Of a stretch of 64,000 bases of DNA, positions 29,430-45,000 are shown in pieces. The stretch is from Nageia nagi (lineage: Eukaryota; Plantae; Pinophyta). How positions within the stretch are numbered: the first letter of the stretch is position 1; every line of letters begins with the position of its first letter. The position numbers and the translations under genes are program-made. A model generated the notes under the pieces. It worked only from the letters and a program-made list of their open reading frames with translations, ran no database searches and was not told the DNA's origin. The stretch spans positions 30,008,001 through 30,072,000 of the forward strand of contig JBITNC010000001.1 in assembly GCA_050084985.1 (NCBI GenBank), given 5' to 3'.

Positions 29430-30100
29430 ACTTGAGCATATGATTGAAAGGCGAATAAACGTAAGCACTCTCGTGTGGAAGCTGGCAAGCAGAAATAGTA
29501 CATAGACAACGTATACCCTGTTTAAGAGTGACTGTGGATGTGTGGGGTGGTCCCCATACCTCTCCTTAATGACCATTGTGGCAAATGACGAAATCCCTCC
29601 AAAGTTCCTAAACATTCATTTCAGAAATCCTCTTTATAACTAGATAATGATTGAAGCTAATTCCATTTGGTACGAGTGACTAAGTCCTTAATAGGAGTTT
29701 AGCTGCAATTACGAGGCTACCAACTTGGACAAGTTGCTTCAAAGACAAGGGTATTTAGTAACATAAAGAATGTTCTGGATTAATTTAAGGACGTCACGTT
29801 CATTTTATACAATCCCTCCAATTGGAAGGCTTTTCTTTCTGGCAAGTTGATAGAAGCAACTGAGTCTTAAAGGTTGGGTAATTCCTTGGTTTAACATCAT
29901 GATGAGTTTGTGGATTCATTTCATGACGTGACGCATTGCTTCTTAGTATGTTCGAATGCAGCGAATTAAGCGCCGCCCATGTGTGATTTCATTAGTGTTG
30001 TTGGCGTGGACTTATCACTAAGCGAAACTTATGAAAATGCTCTCCAACTACTCTTCGACGATAATGATAATTTGAGCGAATATATATATATATATATCTC
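29430..30100 (-). promoter_or_regulatory. Relic upstream/promoter region of MYB paralogue 3
   Basis: ATGATTGAAAGGCGAA at ~29440 matches ~56654; 29505-29586 resembles 56940-57020; the segment retains CpG. Confidence 0.55.
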
Positions 30101-31560
30101 GAAAAAAAATACTTTGTAAGTATATCATAAATAACAAATAAATAATTCTTCAAACTTGAAAGAATTCGAATTCTTCCTGAACATTTATTAGGATATGCAA
30201 TATAAATAATAAATAATAAAAAGGGAAACACCTTCATACTAATATACTTACAATTTATCCTTGCAAATTTAAAAAAGGGAAACACTTTCATGGGCATGCA
30301 TCTAGATGATAATCTTGCAAATCCTAAAAGAGAGTTTTATTTTGTTTGTTAAAAAACTATTAGCATTCTAACTCTTGAGGGTTTTGTCAAGTAGAAAGAG
30401 GGTTTCTTGTTGCAATCACTTCTTCCAATGTTACAACAATATTTTCGCATCAACTAAAGTAAGTGGATAAAACCTATCACCTAATTTCTATTTTGCTCAT
30501 TTATTTTAAAAATAATTCATGAATATATGTGGTGATCGATGGATCGATTTGTTTGGGTTCTTATCTACAACTAAGAGTCAATAAGCAAACCTAAATAAAA
30601 ATATTACATAGCACATAATAAAAAGAGGCTATAATTGAATCACAAAAGAGTAATATTTAAAGTTTACTATTACATATCATAATTTTCAACAATTCAAATA
30701 TTTAAAATTATAAAAAAATAATAACAATCAAAAGTAACTTTTGAACATTCAACAATATTTTATGCAATATAAACTAAAAGGAAGGAATTATGAATATAAT
30801 CATAAAAAACAAGTTTATTTTCAAAATATTGAACTTTATAACAACCAATCATTTTAAAATAATGCTTACTTCTAAAAAAAAATTAATTAAAAAAATTTTG
30901 TGAAAAAATTATTTAAATTATTTTTTAATTATATAGTTAAATTATTCATTTATAAGATATAAATAAAATACATCATAAAATTGAAAAATATTATACATTA
31001 AAAATAAAAAATAATATTATAGATTATTTTAATTTAAATAATAAATTCATTCTGACTATCCTCTTACTTCATGAATTTAGTTGTGCTTTATACCAAGAAG
31101 ACAATAGAATAAGCACAAGACCACATACCAAAAGGAATATGTGGAGTTGTGCTCTTGCATAAATCCTTTCATGGATTTTATGATTTGCTTTTGTTGAATT
31201 TACTTACGATTATGATGATTGGTTGAAGATTGTAGAATAATGTCATTCACAATAATCTATAGATCTTCAAACAACAAGATAGATTTCAAGGAAATCATCA
31301 AATTAAAAGATATATTAATTTTTTAAATTTTTAAACAACATAATTTATTTCAATCTTATTTTACTTTTTTTTTTAAATAAAAATACTTATTTAAAAAAAA
31401 AACAATAAAATTTATGTTTATAGAAGATATTTAAAATTAAATTTTTTAAATGAGAGTGTTAACACTAACTTGTTTCTCCAACTCTTCTCTCATGAAAATT
31501 TGAACACAAGAAAAAATTCTTTCTAACATCTACAAAATTAAAAAAAAAAAGCATACAATA

Positions 31561-32600
31561 TTACAATTTGGGATTACTGTTACCTGTATTAGGTGTACTA
31601 GTGGTATAAGGAAAATCTAGGATTAGATCTGAGAAACTTCTTTCATACTCATGTCTATCATGACCATTAATGTTTATGTCCCTAGAGTTGAATGAGTGCT
31701 CCTCATGACCGGGCTTGTTGCAGTTTTCCTGCATGTCCTATGTAGGAATAAGAACTCAACCCTTCGATCCAATCATCTGAATTATGATCTTCCAGACTAT
31801 AGTGATTATGTTTATTATGATTACGTTCCTTGTTATTTTTTACATTCGGATCTTTGAGTGACTTGTCCCAGTTGAATTGTTCGGAGTTGCAAAGAGAGAA
31901 GAAAGAAGAAACCGGACTGAAGGTCATATAGGCATTTGTTTCAGTCCAAGAAAACTCCGGCTCATGATCTGGAGTAGTTTCATCAATTATTTTGCATTCA
32001 TTGTTCTTATTGTTAGAGTCATTTACGGTTTCCATCCCGAATGCCTTGCCTGCTTCCGAGTTCCAGAGCTTCAAAAACAAATCAGAAGGTGGCTCGCCAT
32101 TGGAATTGGTGTCTGTATTGTCATTGGCATTCAACTTATTACAGGATGATGATGATGAAAGGACTGAAGCCCTGGAGAACTGAGCTTCGGCTTCGAGTCT
32201 TGTGATTTCCCACTGTGACATATGCCTCATGAGAGCCGTTGGAAACACCTCCCTCCGACCTGGGAGCATGCGTTGAGGGATTGAGTCCCATTCATAGCAG
32301 CTTCTTCTTCAGATGTGTGTTCCAAAAATTCTTGATCTCGTTGTCCGTTCTCCCAGGCAACTGTGCTGCTATAGCAGACCATCTGTAAAAATATACATAC
32401 AAAGGGGTACATAAGTCGGACTCGAAATCGAAACTAGGACATGGTGCATTTGCTTTGAATGCGAAAATTCATGTGGTACCCGTTCCCTAGGATTTCGTGG
32501 AGCTGAATAATAGTCCGTTCTTCTTCTGGTGCAAAAGGTCCGCGCTTTATACCAGGTCTCAAATAGTTGATCCAGCGCAGGCGGCAGCTCTTCCCACAGC
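31561..32600 (-). pseudogene. MYB17-like paralogue 2, pseudogene (most of exon 2, intron 2, exon 3)
   Basis: Colinear with 54782-55790. Exon 2 ends at 32480 and exon 3 runs 32382-31561. Premature TGA at 32294-32292 (CGG in the intact copy), 23-bp deletion near 32228, and a further frameshift near 31730. Homology stops at ~32600 where LTR-element sequence begins; no exon 1 found in the window. Confidence 0.9.
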
Positions 32601-34618
32601 ACTTTAGAAACAATTCTATCACTCAAAGGATGCTTCAAGCAAAATAAGAAATCATCTTCACCATCATTAAGCAATTCATTTTCCAATTTCTTTATCCTTT
32701 CCTTAGTTGTATTAACAACATTAGATATTATAGAGGTTTATTTTTGAATAATAGGAACATTAACTATTGGGGGTGGTGGAGGGGTTTGAGGTGGAACATT
32801 AGTTGCATTTCGAAGTTCATTTTCTTTATGTGAAACAAATGGCCCAATTCTATTTACCCTTTCATGTTTGACCTTATTAAGCAATTTTACCATGAACCCT
32901 AATTATTTCTCATAAGGATCCAAATGAAAGGGGGTTATTTCTTGAATATTATGAAGGACCTTAATATTAATATTATGCTCTTTTAATGACCAATCAAGAT
33001 TACGCTTATAAGCATTATTAACAAGATTAACAACTTGCTCTCTAATCTAAAAAATTATGATCTTCATTTTGTAGGATGGCCTTACCTTTAGAAAGCGTAC
33101 CTTTTTTGAAGTGGTTCAATTTGAGGATGGGGTATTCGTAATCTTCATCTTTAGATTCATTTTTCATACCATCATCCTCATCATTCACAACATCCATATT
33201 TTCTTCAAGAGGAAGTTCCTTCTCATCTTTGTTCCTTTCAAAAGGAGGTTCCGTATCATCATCATTTATGCCTCCAATGGCATGTTCGTAGGTTTGAACA
33301 TTGTTAGCACCATCCTTCATGATAATAGATACCCTACATCTTATCGAACCTACATTCTCATAAGAAAATAAACTATTTGATAATTACAAAGTTGGAGAGT
33401 TCTATTCTATCAACTCATAATTAGTTAGAATATCAATAATAGTTCCAACATTATGAGTAAGAAAATATTCCAATTTTTCTCTATGAGATAGCAATTCTTT
33501 AATAGATCTAACATAGTTAGGAATTCTAACCAATTATTCAATTTTAGTACTAGTATCAGAAGTATCATCATGACTATTCAACCTCACATTTTCAAATTCA
33601 TAATGATCAATAGAAGTAGTAAATTTGTTGGGAGCTTCACCAATGATATCCATTTTCTTGCTAGAGCTAGTGGATTCAGTATCACTATGAGCATTAGGAT
33701 GAGGTTCTTGTAGAGGTAGGTCAGGGTTATGCCTAAGACTTCTTTGGATATCATTAAAATGATTATTTCCTCTAGAGACCCTAGGTTGTTCCACATTTAA
33801 ATCCATTTTTTGAACATAGTTAGAACAAAATCTAATTTTATCATTTTCTCTAACTACTATTCGAAGAGCTTCAGGTAGAGGGATGAATAATAGCAAAAAT
33901 AGATTCATGACTTTTTGGAAAGGATACCTTAGATTGAGATCTAGGTGTGTAAGAATGTCAGGTTCACAAAAAATGTAGACCCCAAATTGTGTAAAATACA
34001 AATAAACATAATTAAATAAATGGTCTATGTATATACAATGATTATACAATAATATGCTCTATATCATATTACAATAAATGTACATGAAAGACATAAACCT
34101 GATATAGAGATTCACAAGAGTGAAGGAATGAGTCATTCTCCAAAACTAGACCTCTCGATCTAGAAGGAGCACACCATTGGCTATGTGGAAGTAGTATGCT
34201 ATTGGCTATGTGGAACTAGATGTTTCATATTGCATGTAAAAAAAGGAGTTCAAAGCTCAAAGAGTACAACAAATTTTTTAGGATATGTGGCATCAAGAGA
34301 CACAGTAAGTTTGATGTTTAGGATAACCACTTATCAAAGAGATTTGATAGGGATGTCAACCTACACCTCCTGTATTTATAACCTCCAAGGAAACAAAAAG
34401 AGGAGTGAAAGTTGACATATAACAATAACAATAATCTTTTCTATATTCAAGATAATTTAAAACATAAACCATGGTACATGATATTACATTGGTCCTAGCA
34501 CATGGTATTACATTATAATAACAATTTATCTTGATTTATGCATTATTACCATTTAATTATTAAATAAGTCCAAATATGATTTATTAAATAAATACTAAAT
34601 CATTTTTAAGCATCTATA
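32601..34618 (-). mobile_element. LTR element 5' end (LTR 33974-34618 plus decayed ORF remnants) abutting MYB paralogue 2
   Basis: On the minus strand the segment runs TATAGATG...GGGGTCTACA and has an inverted homologue at 40780-41481. Low-complexity ORF remnants at 33534-33810 and 33042-33320. Confidence 0.55.
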
Positions 34619-37600
34619 AGAAGGTTGGTACTAGAGTTAAACTTTGATATCCATATTGAATATTTTTAATGATTTTTTTTTTTAAATATAGTTCATTTTT
34701 TCTCTCGAACATCATGTAAGATAGATGGATTTTTAAAAAAATTATCAATAATTTGTTTACTTATTTTAAGAAACCATCAAAAATATATAGTTAAATAGTA
34801 TATTTTAAAACTTGTACTAATTTTTGAACTACAATCCACTACATATAGGTTACTATCAACTTCAAGTAGCAACTACCAATTGAGGATTTAATTTTATCAC
34901 CACTCATTTACATGCAATGTGCATGATGCCAAAAATTGTATTATGAATATGGTGATTATGTTCTATCATTTTTTTATGAATGAGATGAGGATTTGGGTAT
35001 GATATTCATTCTAACAAAGTTTTCATGTCTTTTCATGTCAATGTGCTCTCTTTGGTAAGTCCAACTCTACCCAATACTTGTAGTTTAGTGGTATTAACTC
35101 TCAATCTTTAGATATTTGTTCAAATTTTTTATTGGTAATTATTTTTCTAACTTGTGGTGATAGTATAGAATTTTACCAACTAGAAATTGAATTCAAGAGC
35201 TCTTACTTAATAATAACAAAAGACACTATCATTGATCGATTAGGCCCTCATAGTTTAAGTTTTCTTATAAATATAGATTATTCCTTTAATAGGGTGATCC
35301 CTCATAAGCTAGTTAATATGCCTATGCATCTATCATATAGATGAAAATATCTAATAAATTTGCAAATCATAAATCCTATTTGCTACTTGCAAATCATACT
35401 TTTACCATAATACAATCTCATAAGCTATATTAAGATGAATATATTTCACACATAATTCTATTAAAGCAGGGTGTTTAAAGCATGCACTATACATTTTATT
35501 CTCTATAAATATGAATACATAGTAACACATCACTTCTTATACAACCTTGTTTAGATAAAATATAGAAGCATTTAATGCATATTTTATTTAATACAAATTC
35601 ATCTCTCTAGGTTTATGATTCTCTTTTACTAGAAAACTTATGCATTCTATCTATTGCTATTCACCTAAATGAAAATATCTATATCATTATGAATATCAAG
35701 TTTACTTTGTAGAGGAGTCCTTTTCCTTTGCATTATCAAATTACTATGAATCTATTTTGTAATGTAGGATAAATTCATTAGATTTTCTTATATTTGGAGC
35801 ATGTTTTGATAAGTCAACATGTTAGTGTTTGAAAATTTGATATGTAAACATGCATGGTTGTCCATTTAGATTCACATTGATTTGAATATTGATCCTTGAT
35901 TATCAGTAATTGTAATATACTATTAAGATGTAACTTCAAGACATGATCAATGAATATATAAAAAATGATCATGAGGAAATATCACACTCATTCATTCATC
36001 ATATGTATTGATATATAATTTCATGTAGATTTCATGCTGGATATGATATTTTCATTCTAAATTTTTGATAATTAATTTATCAATAGGTTCCTTCTAAGCT
36101 TGATTTCATATTAAATCCTTGAATATATAAATTAATCCAAGGCATGGACCCTTTGGTGGATTTCTTATCCAATTTTTTATTTGGGTACCTAAATTATAAG
36201 AAAGTTTTTATATCTAAATAGGGTCTCATATAGTATAAGTTTTTTAATTTTCATAATATTCATCCAAATTAGAACTAATATTAATGTAGAAACTTGAGAA
36301 TAATACTTTTTGAATAAAATGGATTAATTGCATTGATATGCTTAATTCATAATTTTTCTTAAATTCTAATATCTAAATGTTCAAATATTCTAAAATTCAA
36401 AATACTTTCTAAAGTGCTAAAATAAATCAAAAGGAGCTAAAATGACTTAAAAATCAAATAAAGCACAAAAGGGTATTTCCTAGATACCTAACCTTAAGTT
36501 CTAAGCATAATATAAAATATAATACAAAAATAGAAATCCTATATCAATTCATTATGCTTCTAAATCATTATTATTTATGCTTACTTATGAATTTTGCTAT
36601 CAAAGTTGATCCAAGATTGTATGCTAGGGTTTGGAAGAATTCAAGGGTTTACACCCTAATTCTCCATCAATTCTCTTCAAGTTACTTCCCATAGATGATT
36701 GGTAACTTTGCATGGTGAATTTGTGATCAATTGTACACTATAGTGCATATATTGTTGTATGTTCAAGGTTTTTGCATGTTTGAAGTCATTCTCACCATGG
36801 GAAGGCTTTTGATTCTGAACATTTGTATCCTCCACCAAAATTTAGTGCATATAGTATATTGTGTGGGATAAATTTCATAATAATTACATTTTAATCAAAA
36901 TATATCATATTTTTCTACATTAGAATCATATATGTATGGTTTAATTACATTATAAATCTTGTGGGTATCAATCTAAGGATCTTTAAGATTTCTTAGCATT
37001 TGTAGGTTTTAAATTGTCTAAGGGTTTTAAATATAGATTGTAGCTCAATTGCATAATTTTGTGGATAAATATATATTAAATTACCATAACATCATTCTAA
37101 ATTGTTCAAATAATATACATGCATACTCATATTGCGTAATAGGCATCCTTATATTCATTTTCTTCATTGATTGGGTGCTAGGGGGCTCACATTACCTTTT
37201 GAAGTGAGCCAACTCACTCCAAGCTTGTTTAGGTTCCTTAAGAGGCCTAGATTTGAGGTCCCTTTATCATTGTTAAATTAATTTGGGTTTATTTAATTTT
37301 ATTTTCTTAAACATAATTTAAATTTTAAAAAATATCTTTACACTTACTCATCTTTGCATCATTCAAATTTAGAAAAGCATATGCTATGTTATATATTTAA
37401 AATCATATGTGTACTAAGATCTTATGTATCTTTAGAGAACTAAAGCAAGGTTTTTTATATGTACATTAAAAGGTAAACTTGACATAAACACCACCTTTTT
37501 CTTAGATTTGGTAGTTTCTCAACCTTTTCAAGTTTTCCCTTCAAATTTGTAATTTCTTACTTTTAAAATTTACCCATCAAAATGGAGTTAAATTATAAAT

Positions 37601-40600
37601 TTTCAAGATTTAATGGGTAAATTTGAGTAAACTTTAAGTAGGAAATGACCATGGAAGGGATGGGTTAGATTCGATAATTTCAAGGTTGAATCCATCCCTT
37701 TTCAACTAAGTGTAATCTCTATTGCACCTTGTAATAGGTGCACTATGCCTCATAGCAAAACTAAGCATTACATATTAAGTTTTAGGGCTTAAAACATACT
37801 TTATACTAGGCATATTAGGCCCCACAATAGGCATATTGTGCCTCAATTTGAATTCACTAGGAGCATTATTCCCTATAACAAATGCACTACATCCTATTTT
37901 AGATTTGCTAGGCATACTGCACCCCATTCTAAGTTCACCACACTCAGTTCTAGATCCTCCAGGTGCACTGCATCTCACCAACAAGTCAAATTTAACTTCT
38001 TAGGTGACACCAAGTGCACTACACTTCTAAATAGAGATGGTGTTTTCTAAAAAAAAATAGTCTAGATGCAACTTGGACTATGCTTCACAACAATCAAGTA
38101 GATTTTTTAAAAAATTATTTAAAATTTGGGAATAGGACTTCATTTTTTGCTTATTACACCTAAGTAGACCACTTGTAAAAGTGTAGGGGGTTGTGATCAC
38201 ACTCATTTGAAAGTGTGGACCAAATTTTGTTTATTATTTTCAAATTTGTCTTAGTGATTAAAAATTATTTAATGCTCTCTCATTTGTGAGGGACTTGTAA
38301 CCTAGTTGGTATTACACCTTGGAGTAGGAGGAAATGTTGGTATGCGGGTGAGTCTTTAAATTACTTAAAGTATCTTTTTCATACTTTTTTTTTCTCTTTA
38401 CATGCTAGGCATGTCATTTAATTTTGTTATTCTTAATTAAAAATTACATTCATACAAGGAGGGCATTAGTCCATAATTTAAAAGAAATATGCTTTGGACT
38501 AAAAATTAAATCTTAAAAAGAATATTTCTCTTGATGTTGGGATCACTTGCTCTTCGTTTCATTCATTCAAAAGCATAAATTTATATTTCATTAATTTTAA
38601 AAGAAAAAAATAAATTGAAAAGATTATACTTAGGTGGCATTGGAAAGTATTTTTGAGGGAGTAGAATAGCATTTTATCATAGTGTTGTACATTCATATTT
38701 TCTTACTTGCATTAAATTCTATTCACAATCCTAGGGAGTATATAGGGCACATGGCCTTTATTACAATGACCTAACCCATACTCTAAGTTGAAAATTGAAT
38801 TGGTATCCTCCCTCTATTTAGAATAACTTCCTATAGAGGATACTTGAGGCACCCTGTAAATCATTCTACCCCTTGGAGATTGAGCCTAACCTTTTTTAAT
38901 GCTTTTCTAGAATCATCTCTGAGGGAAATGAAATAAGGTGTTTTAGAATATATACATTGCATTAATAAAAACCCTCATTAACAAGATAAGAGTCCAAATT
39001 GAATAAGAAATCAACTAGATACATAAATAAAAATTGCTATCTCAAACTATTGTTATCTTTATTTAGGCTTTCATTGCATACTAAGGTTTATTAGTTCATT
39101 TGTACTCTCACTAAAAAAAAAGATCTATTCTCAATATATTGAAATCTTGGTGTTGTTTGTTGTTTACATTTCAATCAATCTTTGTTCATTTTTCTTACAT
39201 ACTTCTCAATATTAAATTCTTAAAATGGATTCTAATTTTAAAAATCCTAATTTTGAAATAATAAATAAAGCTATCTTGAGAGAACAAATGAATCATTCAT
39301 TTAATAAACTTATCCTTTTTATGGTTGAGATTCCATATCCATCGTTCATATAAGCTCTATGATTCTTCCAAAATTTGAGCCAAACTATTATAATGAAGGA
39401 ATTTAATAGTCCATGGTTTTGAATTCCATGCAACTTTTTTTATTCCTGCCAACAATTGCTCACTAGGTTTTCATCTACCAACTTTAATTATATTATAGGC
39501 ATGTTATTGAGCACTTAATTCTTAAATATATGATATTATATTGCTAAATATCTGATTTAATACACCTACATGGACACCCATACTTCTTTGATTATTCCTA
39601 GGCTCTCCATTTATGTTTTATCTACATTCTCTTAGCAGATCTTTAATCCATTAGACCTTGTGGAGTCTAAAATACTCCATTTTATCTTTCTATAAATATG
39701 GATTTCATTTTGAATTTTAGGTAATGCCTTTATTGTAATGTTATGCTTCCATTTTGGCTCTAATATAAAGCATTCATAATTTTCTCTGCAACTCTCTATG
39801 GATTGTATGATGTGTTTTCCTTTTTAAGTTTGTATGCATGAGAAAACACTTGCAGATATTTAGAGGAGCTATCTAAGTTCATTTAAATGTGATATTCATA
39901 TGTTTGGGGAAATTTTAAGTAAGTGGGTATGTATTATTTTTTTATTCTGAGCAACAATTTTGGATATTTTTATGATTTTGTCAAACTGCCTTATTTTGGA
40001 ATAGTTTTTTTTAGGAGATATACCTTTTTTCCTACATCTCCTTTTGGTATGATTATTTTTTATTTGTAAAGCTGATTTTAATAACTTTTGAACAATATAT
40101 AACATGCTATAGAAAATTGGCATATCACACAGAGAAATCATAAAATGCAGACCCACACTTTTCAATCTTTCTTAGGAAGGTTCATGTAGCCATAAACTTC
40201 AAGTTCATTTTTGACTTGACCAACCTTCTCTAAATACTTCTAAAATATTACCATTGGATATATAATTTCATTCAATTTTCAATGGTATATAACGAACTTT
40301 AATATTTAACTTGACCAACTTTTAGTAATTTTCAATGAATCAACTTTAATATTTAAATATTTTCCAAAATTAGTAATATTAAAGTTCAAAAATTAGTAAT
40401 ATTAAAGTTCATTTTTAATACTTCTAATATTTAACAAAGTTATAGCCCTTCAAAGTTTGCCCAAAAAATCAATCTTGTTGAATTTTGCAACCTAGGAAGA
40501 CTTTGTTGATGTCATCACCTTAGGAGGTTTGGAATCCATGTTTTAGCTTGATTTTTTTATATGAATTCCACATTTATGATATAAGCACCTTCACACTATG

Positions 40601-40779
40601 TAAATACCTATATTTTGCACCAACAAAGGTATTTTTGACTTCAAAAAGTGTGTCTAAGTTCCAAAATGCTTTGAATTTGGTTTGGGAGGTCTAGAATCCA
40701 CACTTTTAGCTTCATTTTGTGGTGCCAAACCTACCTTACAGATATCAACACCTAGAGAATGCAAAATTACTTCTAAAAG

Positions 40780-41481
40780 TATAGATGGTTAAAAATGATT
40801 TATTATTTATTTAATAAATCATATTTAGACTTCCTAAATGACTTATTGCAATATTACAAATATCAAGATAAAGTTGATATTACAATGCAATACAATGTGT
40901 TATATTAAATTATATATTATTTATTATGGTTCATATTTTAAAGTATATTGAAGACAATAATGACTATATTATTGCTAGAGGTCGAACTTCACTTCTTTCT
41001 ATATATGCTAATGGATTAGATTGAAATCCACAAATTGGAACTCTTTGATATGGCAAGATATCTGATAGGTAGTTGTATTATGTTAACTTCATCAAGAAAC
41101 GGTATCTCTTGATGCCACCTTCTATGAAAAATTATTATACTCAGAGCTTTGAAACTTTCTATCTTTGGTGCACTTTGTAATTATGCATATTCTACACCAT
41201 CAGCAACATATATCTTGAGGATCGAGGGTTCCAAATTTTGGTGGTTGAGCAATTGATTCATGCACATGAAGATACATTATGAACTCACCATGAATCCAAT
41301 TCTAATCCTTTGAAGATTCATTACTATTTACTTTTGAGGATTGTACATATACTTCATATCAGGTGCATGGTTTTTATGTATATTTGTTGTATTTGATATA
41401 GTGTACATATCTATCTCTTCTTATATTGTAGATCATTTATTTATTAAATATATTTCTATTTTGCAAAATTTGAGGTCTACA
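40780..41481 (+). mobile_element. Solo LTR of the same family as 33974-34618
   Basis: TATAGATGGTTAAAAATGATTTATTATTTATTTAATAAATCATATTT, TCTCTTGATGCCAC and GAGGTCTACA match the reverse complement of 33974-34618. No clear TSD. Confidence 0.6.
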
Positions 41482-42062
41482 TCATTCCATCTCACACCGC
41501 TAAGATATTGTCAACAATATACTGACCTAGAATAAAGCCTATTTGCTCAAGTTAAACAATTAAAGAAAGCAAGGGATGAAGCTAGAGTGCTAGATCTTTG
41601 GCTATAATCATGTAACTTACATTTATAAAAGTGATAGGATGCCAATTAGTAATGAACTTCAAATCTCTTGGTTTAAGAATGAATTTAATATTCCCTTTAT
41701 TGATAAGGGGACCAAGATAAGAGAATTCATTTTTATGATATTTTTTATTATAATTATTTTATTATTTTTAGTTTGTAATTGAAAATTAATTTATTGGAAT
41801 CTAGTTAAAATAATTTTGTGAAAGATTTATCTAAATTATTTTTTAATTATATAGTTAGATCCTATTAATTTTTAGGATTTAGATAAAATACATAATAAAA
41901 TTGAAAAAATATCATACATTAAAAAGTTAAAAAATATATATTATTAATTATTTTAATTTAAATAATAAATTTATACAAGCTTGATAAATCAATACAAATG
42001 AATTTAAATAATAAATTTGTTACAACTATCCTCCTACTTCATGAATTTGGTTGGATTCTATA

Positions 42063-45000
42063 TGGAAAATAAACTAATGTATCATGATTATCTTTAACAT
42101 AGAATAATGTATTATTATTATTTCTAACACCCCCCATAATATATTAGGTCATCAAAGAACATGAGAGGAAGCTTCAAAAGTATTTAAACTTTCCATTGAC
42201 AAGAGATTTGGTAAAAACATATTCACTTTACTTCTTCATGGAAATGTAATAGAACTAAAAATTATGTAGTGAAACATGGTCATGGATGAAATGTACTTGT
42301 ATCTAAATATGTTTAGTGCACTTATGGAAAAAGAGATTATGAACCATCTTCAATATACTTTGATTATCACAATGTATAACTGTGGATTTCTATGGAAGCT
42401 CAATATTTGTTAAAATGCAATGTAATCATATTGCTTGACAAAGAGTATATCTTGTAGCATGGTATTTTGACTTTATGGTAGATCTAGATGTAATGCTTTG
42501 TTTCTTGATACCCAATGAAATTGGTGAGGATATAAGAAAGAAAACATATCTGATCATTGATCTTTTATCATCTAAGGATCCTTCATAATTCACATCCATC
42601 TATCCAATCAAAATGAACTTGTCATTCTTCTTGTACTCTAATCTATAACTATCTATGCCATGAATGTATATTAGAACATGCTTTACAGTGATCCAGTGGG
42701 CCTTCTTTGGTTCATACATAAATCTTGAAAGATAGCTTATGAAATAACAAATATTTTGCCTAGTGTATGTAAGGTAAATTAACCATCCAATTAGCTGATG
42801 GTAGAGAGTTGCATTTACCAATGAAGAACTATCATGGTGTGATAAATGAAAAGTGGATTTAATTGGCATTGACATCTATTGGTAATCTATCACCCTGAAT
42901 TTCTCCAACAAGCTCTTGGTGTACTTCATCTAAGAAATAAATATTCGATCCTACATTTGTTAAACCTTCAATCCAAGGAAATAGTGAAGTATTTAAAACA
43001 AGGTTGGTCATATTAGATAATTTTTTAAGATCATATTTACATAATTGGATCAACTTCTCATTATTCCCTATGATGACCAAATCATTGATATATACTACAA
43101 TAATGGCTATTTCCCTCCATGTTATTGAAGGTATAGATTTGAATCATATGGGCTTAAAACAAAATCATGTTATAGTAGGTGTTTGCCAATTTTTATGTAC
43201 TAGGCTCATGGAGCCTATTTTAATCCATATGGATACTTTATCAATCTACACACCTTTCCATTTCCTGGATCAATCATAAATCCATCTGGTTTCTATATGT
43301 AGACTTCTTCCTCTCAGTATCCATTTAGAAAGGCACTTTTCACATCCATATGGTGGACTTTCCATCCAAATTATGCAACCATTGCCAATGCAATTCTAAT
43401 GATCTTCATCTTGGTTATGGGAGCAAAATTATCCTCATAGTCGAGATCTTCCTTTTAGGTATAACCTTTGGCAACAAGTTGAGATTTATGCTTATTGAGT
43501 GTTCCATCATATTTGTACTTAGTTTTAAACAACTATTTACACCTAATAATCTTCTTTCCATGTGGAAGATCTACCGGCTTCCATGTGCCATTTCTCAATA
43601 AAGAATCATATTTTGCCTACATGGCTAACTTCAAATGTGTTATTTCAATTGCCTCATGAACCATTTTAGGTTTAGGTGTATTCACCACTATGCACATCAA
43701 AGCCAAGTTCACTTCTTTATAAGCCATGCTTCATGTCCTTACTCTAAAAGTCATAGTATTTGGTGGAGTATTAAAATTTGCATCCTAAACTATCTTCTTA
43801 TACCATCTAGATTTCCTATAATTATCAGGTGGTTGAGGTGATAAATTCACAACTAGAGGTACTTCTTCCTCATCAATTTCAATAGTGATGATAGGAACAT
43901 TATCAAAATTAGGTGGTGATTCAGATGAACTTGTGGGATGGTCACTAGTCTCATTAAAGATTACATCTTTACTAATATAAGTTTTCAAGTAGTAGGATCC
44001 ATGAGTCTATAGGCTCTGGATTCACTATCATAGCCAAGAAGAATGCACTTCAATAAATTTTAATTAATCTTCTTCCTTTTATCCTTAGGAATGTGTATTT
44101 AGGTAGTGCAACTAAACATTTGAAGGTGTGAAATATCAGGTCGCTCTGTTGACCAAGCTACTTCAAGTGTCATCTCATCAAGAGCTTTTGTAGGTTCCCT
44201 ATTCAGTAGATATACTATAGTATTCATTGCTTTATCCTAAAAAGTTCCATCCATTTTTGCATCTTTCAACATATATCTCATCATTTTCATAAACCCCATT
44301 TTGTTGTGGTGTATGAGGTGTGGTCAAGGGTGGGTGAAAGAAGTTGGGTCCACATTATGGCCAAAAGATGGAAGTGTTTTCTTTGATTTTTAAGTTTTTG
44401 CATGATTGATCTCAAAATTTGAAGCACTTAGACATGGAATCATGAAAAGTAATTAAAGTGAAAATATAGTGCTCAAAGTATAGTTTTAAAATATGTAATT
44501 TATTCCAATACCTAGATAATAAAAAATAAATTTTGATAGGGATGAACAAAAAACTTTCTAAAATTTATTATTTTAAGCCCATACCATGCACATTTTCGAT
44601 AAGCATAATTTCACCTAAACAAAAGTATTTTTTAAAATCATTTTGGGCATAAATGCCTAAGACCTTGAAGCTTATCCTTGATATTTTTCCATAATATTTT
44701 CATGAATATTTTTTATTACTTTTTTATTAATCATATTTTATGTTTTGAAAAGTACTTCATCCTGACACGCATAATTTGATTTAAACTTATTTGTTTTTAA
44801 TTTTTTTTATCTAATAGAGAATTCTTTGAAGCTTATCCCCATATAATATTTTTCTTAAACTCCTAAAATATAAAAAACTATTAAGAAAATAAGATACCCA
44901 CATATTTCAAGTATATGGACCAATTTCAGTAAAAATTTATTAAAAAATATAAAAACTAAACCTATTGTAAAAAAATTGCATATTTGAAATCTACACTATT

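Noticed and set aside
31703-32269. 188-aa ORF as an independent gene
   Set aside because: It is frameshifted exon 3 of the MYB pseudogene with no DNA-binding domain.
33042-34049. Acidic/low-complexity ORFs as host genes
   Set aside because: They adjoin or overlap an LTR, are broken by stops and show no recognisable domain.
39200-40200. Possible decayed hAT transposase on the minus strand
   Set aside because: Only a weak MGVHVGV-like hint, too degraded to support.
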